From Amoeboradix gromovi X-113 (Eukaryota > Fungi > Sanchytriomycota), in NCBI GenBank assembly GCA_018985225.1, contig JADGIF010000568.1, positions 1 through 6,574 on the forward strand: a stretch of DNA of 6,574 bases, in the 5' to 3' direction. Shown here piece after piece: positions 1 to 6,574 of the stretch (positions are counted from its first letter, which is position 1; the number at the start of each line of letters is the position of its first letter). The position numbers and the translations under genes are program-made. Under the pieces are notes generated by a model. It was not told the DNA's origin. It was given only the letters and a program-made list of their open reading frames with translations, and ran no database searches.

Positions 1-2
1 AT

Positions 3-134
3 GCAGGGTCTTCTAGTTTTATTTTAAAAAGAGGAATACAATCAATGAAAGAAAATTGGTATAATAGAAGAAGATCTTTTATTAATGATAGCATTTCCTG
101 CGTATGGTGCACCTTTAAAAACGAGTTAGTCTAG
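3..134 (+). CDS. Possible 3' end of an upstream gene (…ILKRGIQSMKENWYNRRRSFINDSISCVWCTFKNELV*)
   Basis: The frame is open from the window edge to TAG 132-134 (43 codons in AT-rich DNA). No recognisable motif. Confidence 0.25.
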   Translation, partial: AGSSSFILKRGIQSMKENWYNRRRSFINDSISCVWCTFKNELV

Positions 135-445
135 TTTTTATATTTGGTGTCCCAAATGAAGCACAGTACTTTATAACGTGCTTCAAAGTGATTACGCTTA
201 TTAATCCTTCGTATTGGTCGTTAATTTAAATGCGCAAAATATGGTTACAGATGTCATAGAGAGACCAGTTAGTTAAGAGTATACTAAATTAATATGCTAA
301 AGTTGGCTAACATTAAAGTGTCTGGACTTTTCCAAGTACCTCGCATCTTAGTTTTATTCAAATTAACTAGACACGACTTAGCGATAAATTTAGGTTCAGA
401 GTTTAAAATTTACTGATTCGACGTCAAAAACTGTTTTATAATTTC

Positions 446-2129
446 ATGTCATTAATTTATCAAATACTAATTCCAACTCAAATAACTGTACCTTGCATAT
501 ATCCTTCTAGTGATTTTGATTATAACTTCAAGTTATTAGATGGTGAAATGTTCAAAATTCGATTTGAGCCTTATCCAATGAACTATCAGTATAGGTTTTT
601 CACGGGCACTATCAACCATCTTGGCCAAATAGGCAGCGGTCATATGTCCGTTGAGAAAGATATCAGCTGTGACGAATTTCCAGCTATTAAAATGGATTTT
701 ACTTGGAATAACTCAAATTATTTGTTGGTCAAGAAAAACAATTTTTTTGTTATAACCAACACGACAATCGATAGCAACAGCTCGGCGAATGATGATTTAT
801 ACTGCGGCTATAACTCTACGGAACATTCATTATTAAAAAGGGACTCTAATTCGTTGAGCACTCTAAATGGTGATCTTATGGCAGCGGTGGATTCACCATG
901 CCCTTCGCAGACCAAATACGCGAGTTTGGGAATTGCTGTTGACTGCTCTGTTGTGATGCAATCCAAGGGTGACATTAGTGCCGTCATTCATGAAGTTTTA
1001 ACAAACTTAGCACAAACCAATATTGCGTATGGGAAACAATTTAATGTTCAATTGATACTGTCTGTATTAGATATAAGAACAAGCTGCAGTCAGGTGTATT
1101 CCAGTCCTTCAAGCCCTTTAGTGTCGGGAGAGTTTGATAGATGGAATCAGCCTTGCATTGGCGGTTATGCAATTGTGGATAGAGTCAGCGATTTTTCAAA
1201 ATGGAGAGGTAGCAGGACTGATCTAATAGATCTTTGGCATCTGTTCAGCGCTTGCGCTACTGATTCTAAGGTTGGGCTTGCTTGGCCTTCCTCTGTTTGC
1301 CAAAATAGTGCCAAACCAAATGGCGCGTATACTTACAGTGGTACTAGTATATCAACTAGACAGAAAAGTACTTGGAAAGTAATGGCTCATGAAATTGCAC
1401 ATAATTTTGGAGCAGCGCATGACTGTTTAAGTACTTGTGATAACTGCAAGGCTTGCTCTGGAGATTGTGACTGTAAAGGGCAGTACATTATGAACCCTAA
1501 CCAAAACGTAGCAACCGATGGATTCTCTTCTGGCACAATACAAGATGTTTGCAACACTTTGCCTGGTTTCGCCTGCTTAAAAACCGATGCAAATATTTCA
1601 GCATTTAAGGAAAACTCGTGTGGGAATGGTTTAGTAGATTCTGGAGAGGAGTGTGACTGCGGTGACTTATGTGCTTACGATAAGTGTTGTACAAAGGACT
1701 GTAAGTTTAGTCCAAATTCCGTATGTAGTGATAAAAATCAAGGGTGCTGCACAGAATGCCAGTTTGCGCCGAAAAATAAAGTTTGTAGAATCAAAGAAGG
1801 AGTTTGTGACTCGGAAGAAGTGTGCAGTGGTATATCTGGTAGTTGTCCACTGGATAAATATAATATTGACGGATCCAAATGTACGGAAAACTCATTCACA
1901 GGTAATTGTGCAAGCAAATACTGTACCTCTCCGGATAAGCAATGCAAGGATGCTTACCCAGAATCATCTGGGGCGTGTTCTGGTTTTGGGGGCCAATATA
2001 ACGATTGTATTCTGACCTGTGCCGTAAGTGGAGGGTGTGCAGAATTCCAAAGTTTTCTAATTGACGGAACGCTTTGCGGTGGTGGTTATGGTACTTGTGA
2101 GGAAGGAAGCTGTCAGTTTAAGAATGACT
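446..2129 (+). CDS. ADAM exon 1: prodomain, metalloprotease, disintegrin and Cys-rich/EGF-like ectodomain
   Basis: Open frame from ATG 446 containing all ectodomain motifs. The frame would stop at TAA 2141-2143, inside the predicted intron. Confidence 0.9.
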
Positions 2130-2489
2130 GTAATTTCAATTAACTTAGGGGACAGAATTAGAGGCTTTTTTCAAGTTTATTCAGTATTCTTTATAATTGG
2201 TGCAGTGATACTAGGATTACTAGTTGCTAGGTGCACATACAACCTCTTTAGGCGAAGAAAATTAAGAAGAAACAGAATTAGAATTAGACCCCAGGAATCC
2301 CTGGCACAAATCGCTGCTAGTTATAAGTCTAATGATGAACCTAACTTAGTAGAAACTCCTAGATCCTTAAAAAGGAATACACACAATATTGATATAGATA
2401 ATGGAGAAGTGACTCATAATATAGAAGCCAATATAACATCTCCCGTTAAAAGACAAGGCCATAGTAACAATGACGCAATAAATCAGTAA
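446..2489 (+). CDS. ADAM-family (disintegrin and metalloprotease, M12B/reprolysin) type I membrane protease, fungal ADM-A/ADM-B/Mde10-like; two exons join(446..2129,2149..2489), 674 aa
   Basis: Zinc-binding HEIAHNFGAAHD (1388-1423) and Met-turn YIMNP (1484-1498). Prodomain cysteine-switch-like YCG (Cys at 803) followed by LLKR (KR at 836-841, kexin/furin-type site). Fungal-ADAM-like segments CPSQTKYASLGIAVDC, WNQPC, DFSKWRG, LWHLFSAC and VGLAW. Disintegrin start CGNGLVDSGEECDCG (from 1619). Cys-rich end DGTLCGGGYGTCEEGSC. The hydrophobic helix and basic tail are in the +1 frame and join via a 19-nt GT-AG intron. Confidence 0.93.
2130..2148 (+). other. Ultra-short (19 nt) spliceosomal intron GTAATTTCAATTAACTTAG
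   Basis: GTAA donor and branch-point-like TTAAC (2140-2144) directly before a TTAG acceptor. Length mod 3 = 1, the shift needed between the two ORFs. The spliced junction reads K-N-D-W-D-R-I-R-G (T|GG = Trp) and keeps all ectodomain cysteines and the full TM helix. Confidence 0.8.
2149..2489 (+). CDS. ADAM exon 2: transmembrane helix and cytoplasmic tail
   Basis: VYSVFFIIGAVILGLLVA (2175-2228) is followed by RCTYNLFRRRKLRRNRIRIR (positive-inside rule) and a hydrophilic tail ending at TAA 2487-2489. This is the architecture expected C-terminal to an ADAM ectodomain. Confidence 0.85.
2477..2482 (+). terminator. Candidate polyadenylation signal AATAAA within the last codons of the ADAM gene
   Basis: AATAAA ends 4 nt before the TAA stop and is followed by a pyrimidine-rich tract (2491-2508). 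It could be chance in AT-rich DNA. Confidence 0.35.
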
Positions 2490-2834
2490 TCTATATTCTT
2501 TTCCCTTTGGGACACACAGTACTTCATTCTCAATTTTAGACTTATCTAGAGTTCAAACCCGGATTTGGACCTAGCGATTTAATCTTTTGCCCAACAGGAA
2601 TTTAGATTGTCGAAATTTGACTATTAATAACCAATCATTTATAAGAAAGCATTCACATTCTGGAGTAGTCAAAGATGATTAGAAAGAATGCTATTACATA
2701 CAATAAGTAGTGGTTGTTAAAGTGCAGCCTTACGGATCCCATTATTGCGTAAAAATACTGCAACATTTTCCTTGTTAACAATATTTGTTGAAATATCTGT
2801 ACACAAATCATTGGCAAGGCCCCTTTGTTTAACA

Positions 2835-5800
2835 ATGATATCGCTAGCTCCATATTCCAGTAAAATGGATCCTATTTTGTTTTTCTTATCATTCTCAAAT
2901 TTGGATGAAATGGGTAACCCAAATAAAATTACACAGTCATTTCAAGTTACTGGCTGCGATGTTGCCTCGATTTCAAATGAACTACCATCATTTTTGAAGA
3001 TCAATAAACCTTGTATTGATCCTAGTATTGAACAATTAGAACTGATAGTAAACCCCGTCATATTAATCAATTATTTATTAAACAAAACGGGTTTAATCAA
3101 TCATCTGCAATCTAGATTTACAAGTAAGACTACTTACCCATTCAAGTCCATTGTAGATTTCTCGATATTACCTAACAGTGTTCAGCTAAACTGCTTGTTT
3201 TCTATTAAAATAACTGGCATACTTTCTAAAAATGGCAAAACTCTTAAAAACACAAAATACCTTCAAATTCATAGCTGCCTTGATCTAGACGTTAATCTAT
3301 TCCACCCTACCAACAACAACATCCATCTGGATCACCCAGATATCTCCAAGTACCAATCCTCCCACATGTACAATAGATCTTTGTTTCTTGAGCAAATAAA
3401 ACATTATCCGGAATACAAGTCTCAACCCACTAAAAGATCTGCTCCTGTCGAGCCTGTCATTAAAATGCACAACTCTCTACCTATAAATATTCCGTTTTAT
3501 CTTAAGTTCTACTTCAATTCAATCGAAAATGATATTTTACAACTTTACAATGAAAACATCAGTAGATTATATGAGCAGTCTACTGTAATATTCAGTGTTT
3601 TATGCCATACGCTATCTGAAAGTAGGTTAAATGTTAGGGACCCAAATTATCTAAAGTTGACTCAAATGGATTTAAGTCAGTTTGATGATGTGATAGATGA
3701 CTTGAAATCAATTTTATCCGTCTCTAAAGATACTGTTAACAGTAAGCTATTGCTAAATCACTTCAAAAATCCTCTGCAGTCCATATTAATCAGTTTGTAC
3801 AATAATAATGAAAATCATCAAATTCAGTTGAAATCTATTTTGCTATTCTGCAACAAATATATTCCCATTCAGCCCATATTTACCAATATACCTCTCTCTA
3901 CATTGAGCTATTTATTGTTTAATGCAGTAATTCCGAATAAATCTATTCCGTTTCATATAAACAATATTTTACCCTCTTCCACAAGTAATACCAACTCGTT
4001 GTATAATAGCAAATCATCTGAATGTCTAATGGATTACAAACTGCCTACTATTCTGTACAATATAAATAACAACTTACAATTCACGTCTTCGTATAGCCCC
4101 ATTTCCTTTCTTACATTGGTTGGGCTACCCTCTAGTTTACTAAACGAATTGCCAGTATATAATTGTTTTTTGTGGCTCATGGCATTGCCAAGGAACAATT
4201 CCTTAATGAACACACCTTTACTCAAAATATCAGTTTTAATTCCACATATTCCAATTAAATACCACAGCCATTTGAAGGTAATATCCTCCCTCCGCAACCC
4301 GTCTAAAGTTCATTTATATTCACAACTAATCTTGAAGTATTCAATCACCCCAGTTGTGTCTAAAATTCAGTCTAAGTGGCGATCGTATGTCAAAACCAAA
4401 AAACATGCAAACTTGGTACTAAGTCAAGCCATGGTACGCGGTATTCTACAGCGCATGAACTACGCTAGCCAGATTAATAATATTGTAAATATTCAATCTG
4501 CAATTCGTGGTATATTATCTGTTAGCAAACTAATTTTTATAAAGCATTTTGCAATAAGTTTGCAATCAATGTTTCGTGGCATTTCATCAAGGGCTGACCA
4601 CAAAAACATAACATGCAGTATAATAATGACTCAATCAGTAATAAGAGGCATAGCAATACGCAAGCAAAACAATAAGCTTAAATTTTTAATCGTAAATCTG
4701 CAGTCTGTTATACGCTGTAAGTTAGAGACAATAAAACTCAATGGTACCATATTATTCATCGTTGCATTGCAATCAGTTATTCGCAGAAGAATAGCTACAA
4801 ACTTAAAGAACGATGTTACAAAGTATATAATTAAACTGCAAGCTGCAATTCGTAGAAAAATACAGTACAACAATCATTTAGTAGTCAAAGATAATCACGC
4901 TGTCATGGTCAAAGGTATCTTATCATTGCAGTCCTGTATCAGGCGATTTTTGACAAGAGGTAGTTTTCTGACTATCAAATCATTTGCTGTAAGCTTGCAG
5001 TGCATCACCAAGGGTATGATAGTTAGAAAGAACAATGAGTTTATTAAATCGCTGATTATAATGAATCAAACATTAATCCGTAAAACAATTGTTAGAAGCA
5101 ATTATAACACCATAATGAACAGCATCATATTGGTGCAGTCTATAGTGCGAGGTTTTATCGAACTGTCGTGTCTAAAATCAGTGAAACTCTCCATAATTAA
5201 ATCATCTGTTTGCGTTCAGTCTTGTATAAGAGGTATGCAATGCAGGTTAGATTGCAATTACAGATTGCATTACATAATATGTATTCAGTCTTTTGTACGC
5301 CGCAAATTGCAGCAATCTGAATACAGATCATCAATTAGCGCGATAGTTGCTGTTCAGTCAGTATTAAGAGGATTTACACAACGAAGTAGACATTTACAAA
5401 ATTTAGCTGATATAAAATTAACTGCGACTCTAATAAGCAGTGCTTTACGGTCACACTTAACCAGAATATCGTTTGTTTATATACGTACTGCAACAACTAA
5501 CATCCAAGCAGTAATTAGAGGACATTTGATACGGCAAGCTGGATTTGAAACGTACAAGCTACAGCAACTGCAATTGTACAGCTGCACTAGAATACAGTCA
5601 GTGTTTAGGGGATTCAGAGTGCGAAAAGATAAAGTTGAGAAAATCAGGTATGTATTGGACCCAATCAACAGTATTGGTCACAAATGCCAAAGAGCATTGA
5701 CACAAGTAGTAAAATGTAAATATATTGTGGATTTGCTCAGTGCTTGCACTGAAATCAATAAATGCGTTATACTAAGCAGAGACGTTTGCAAGTTTGTATT

Positions 5801-6341
5801 AAAGCATGATGCAATGGGAATATTTATCCGAGGGCTGCGAATAACAAACAGAAGTGAGCCTCACAAGCTGTTTATCCTCCAGGTCTTGAAAATTATCAAG
5901 ACAATAAACAAGCATTTAGATTTAATGGTGAGCTGTAAAAATGTAAACGCGCACGGACTGATAAAAGCTCTGATTGACCTTATGGTAAAATATTATAGAC
6001 ACGAAGAGATGATGGGCTACATAGTGCAAGTGCTGTATCTGCAAAGTTTGAATAAAAATGTGTTTTTGGAAATAATTAGTAAGTATCATAGAGAAATTGC
6101 ACATCTAATCGAATTGATGAACAGGAGATCAGAGGTAGTAGTGATGTATGTTAGTAAAATCAGTAAAGAGAAGAAATACCATTTAGTTGGAAGTGACGAT
6201 AATGTTATGATTAGAAGAGGAAGTAGGGTAGGCCTGAGCAAGCACTATATGCAAGCATGGTTTGATGATAAAATGACACACGGGCAGACTTGTACAATAT
6301 TGAAGTCGTTGATAAAGAGCATGGAAAATAAAAATAAATAA
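2835..6341 (+). CDS. ASPM: Abnormal spindle-like microcephaly-associated protein homolog (ASPM/Asp-like; IQ-repeat spindle pole protein), 1168 aa from the first ATG
   Basis: About 18 tandem IQ motifs with mostly 23-aa spacing. The C-terminal helical block SIGHKCQRAL...LSRDVC...LRITNRSEPH...VLKII (NRSEPH at 5847-5864) resembles the ASPM ARM-like region (LSPLCC...IRSCNRSIP in human, recalled). The N-terminal ISLAPYS...PILFF weakly resembles the start of an ASH domain. The first ATG has A at -3. Confidence 0.82.
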   Translation: MISLAPYSSKMDPILFFLSFSNLDEMGNPNKITQSFQVTGCDVASISNELPSFLKINKPCIDPSIEQLELIVNPVILINYLLNKTGLINHLQSRFTSKTTYPFKSIVDFSILPNSVQLNCLFSIKITGILSKNGKTLKNTKYLQIHSCLDLDVNLFHPTNNNIHLDHPDISKYQSSHMYNRSLFLEQIKHYPEYKSQPTKRSAPVEPVIKMHNSLPINIPFYLKFYFNSIENDILQLYNENISRLYEQSTVIFSVLCHTLSESRLNVRDPNYLKLTQMDLSQFDDVIDDLKSILSVSKDTVNSKLLLNHFKNPLQSILISLYNNNENHQIQLKSILLFCNKYIPIQPIFTNIPLSTLSYLLFNAVIPNKSIPFHINNILPSSTSNTNSLYNSKSSECLMDYKLPTILYNINNNLQFTSSYSPISFLTLVGLPSSLLNELPVYNCFLWLMALPRNNSLMNTPLLKISVLIPHIPIKYHSHLKVISSLRNPSKVHLYSQLILKYSITPVVSKIQSKWRSYVKTKKHANLVLSQAMVRGILQRMNYASQINNIVNIQSAIRGILSVSKLIFIKHFAISLQSMFRGISSRADHKNITCSIIMTQSVIRGIAIRKQNNKLKFLIVNLQSVIRCKLETIKLNGTILFIVALQSVIRRRIATNLKNDVTKYIIKLQAAIRRKIQYNNHLVVKDNHAVMVKGILSLQSCIRRFLTRGSFLTIKSFAVSLQCITKGMIVRKNNEFIKSLIIMNQTLIRKTIVRSNYNTIMNSIILVQSIVRGFIELSCLKSVKLSIIKSSVCVQSCIRGMQCRLDCNYRLHYIICIQSFVRRKLQQSEYRSSISAIVAVQSVLRGFTQRSRHLQNLADIKLTATLISSALRSHLTRISFVYIRTATTNIQAVIRGHLIRQAGFETYKLQQLQLYSCTRIQSVFRGFRVRKDKVEKIRYVLDPINSIGHKCQRALTQVVKCKYIVDLLSACTEINKCVILSRDVCKFVLKHDAMGIFIRGLRITNRSEPHKLFILQVLKIIKTINKHLDLMVSCKNVNAHGLIKALIDLMVKYYRHEEMMGYIVQVLYLQSLNKNVFLEIISKYHREIAHLIELMNRRSEVVVMYVSKISKEKKYHLVGSDDNVMIRRGSRVGLSKHYMQAWFDDKMTHGQTCTILKSLIKSMENKNK
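4365..5627 (+). repeat. IQ calmodulin-binding motif array (18 units, one degenerate) within the ASPM-like CDS
   Basis: Repeated [I/L/V]QxxxRG/RR motifs from IQSKWRSY (4365) to IQSVFRGFRVRK (5592). Unit spacing in aa: 19,23,23,23,23,23,23,30,23,23,23,27,23,23,27,23,30 (sum 409, matching the coordinates). Confidence 0.92.
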
Positions 6342-6342
6342 A
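6327..6342 (+). terminator. Cluster of three AATAAA hexamers overlapping the ASPM-like stop codon (candidate polyadenylation signal)
   Basis: AATAAA at 6327-6332, 6333-6338 and 6337-6342; the last contains the TAA stop (6339-6341). There is another at 6380-6385. Confidence 0.45.
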
Positions 6343-6509
6343 TTTAAGAATGTCATTGAGGTGCATTGTCTTGTAAATTAATAAAGGAACATTTAGATAG
6401 ATCGGATATTTGAGACGTAGTTTACGAAAATGACCGTTGGCGTGAAAAAGACAAGAAATAAACAACTCTCAATATCATAGGACTTCTTTTTATTGGTACT
6501 GGTATTTTG

Positions 6510-6572
6510 TCACCATTCAACACTTTGCAGATCTACGACTTGGAGCAATTTGTTCGCATCAGAATATGCGAA
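6510..6572 (-). CDS. Possible 3' end of a convergent downstream gene (…FAYSDANKLLQVVDLQSVEW*)
   Basis: Minus-strand frame open from the window edge to TGA (6510-6512), with a minus-strand AATAAA 15 nt downstream (6489-6494). It is only 20 codons long, with no recognisable motif. Confidence 0.2.
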   Translation of the reverse strand, partial: FAYSDANKLLQVVDLQSVEW

Positions 6573-6574
6573 AT

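Noticed and set aside
1653-2015. Overlapping ORFs 1653-2015 (+) and 1738-1947 (-)
   Set aside because: Shadow frames inside the disintegrin/Cys-rich coding region, with no recognisable motifs.
2061-2489. 142-aa ORF as an independent gene, or the ADAM as a frameshifted pseudogene
   Set aside because: The ORF starts at TTG and supplies exactly the TM helix and tail missing from the ADAM. A canonical GT-AG intron reconciles the frames, and the catalytic motifs are intact.
2519-2539. 21-nt GT...TAG intron-like string GTACTTCATTCTCAATTTTAG
   Set aside because: It lies outside any CDS, lacks the TAAC branch-like word and has no frame evidence.
2500-2575. tRNA gene suggested by GTTCAAACCCGG...GGACC
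   Set aside because: No pairing T-stem, acceptor stem or D-arm could be built.
2745-2834. TTG-initiated N-terminal extension of the 1198-aa ORF
   Set aside because: The context is eukaryotic. ATG 2835 has a good context and coincides with the ASH-like start.
2653-2853. 66-aa minus-strand ORF overlapping the ASPM start
   Set aside because: Its hydrophobicity is what AT-rich non-coding DNA gives, and it has no motif support. It cannot be fully excluded.
4865-4884. Hidden mini-intron explaining the 30-aa IQ unit
   Set aside because: The GT-AG candidates here are 17 or 20 nt, which would break the otherwise open and conserved frame.
4365-5627. CRISPR-like or tandem DNA repeat with about 69-bp period (CARTCWGTWAT-like words)
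   Set aside because: The periodicity is explained by the encoded IQ motifs. The copies vary at synonymous positions and lie in an open frame.
4034-6465. Minus-strand ORFs 4034-4297, 4631-4873, 5477-5668, 5922-6104 and 6211-6465
   Set aside because: Short ORFs antisense to (or overlapping the end of) the ASPM-like CDS, with no protein-family features.
6430-6574. + strand ORF MTVGVKK... interrupted by TAG 6478-6480 (stop readthrough, alternative code, or a 39-nt intron giving a signal-peptide-like start)
   Set aside because: Both long genes translate normally with the standard code and end at TAA. The segment is too short and truncated to support any of these models.

Overview
AT-rich, gene-dense eukaryotic DNA, most likely from an early-diverging fungus or a related opisthokont (inferred from the protein families). 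It carries two + strand genes. (1) A fungal-type ADAM metalloprotease (reprolysin/M12B) at 446-2489, with prodomain, HEIAHNFGAAHD zinc site, disintegrin, Cys-rich and TM/cytoplasmic regions. Its ectodomain and transmembrane parts lie in different frames and join cleanly if a 19-nt GT-AG intron (2130-2148) is removed, giving 674 aa. (2) An apparently intronless ASPM/Abnormal-spindle-like gene (ATG 2835-6341, 1168 aa) with about 18 IQ motifs and the conserved C-terminal ARM-like NRSxP block, but no recognisable calponin-homology domains. The main finding is the ultra-short intron at the ectodomain/TM boundary, where retention would give a soluble ADAM. Also noted: a G/C skew reversal along the ASPM-like gene, AATAAA signals at or just before both stop codons, and a short composite motif shared by two intergenic regions.
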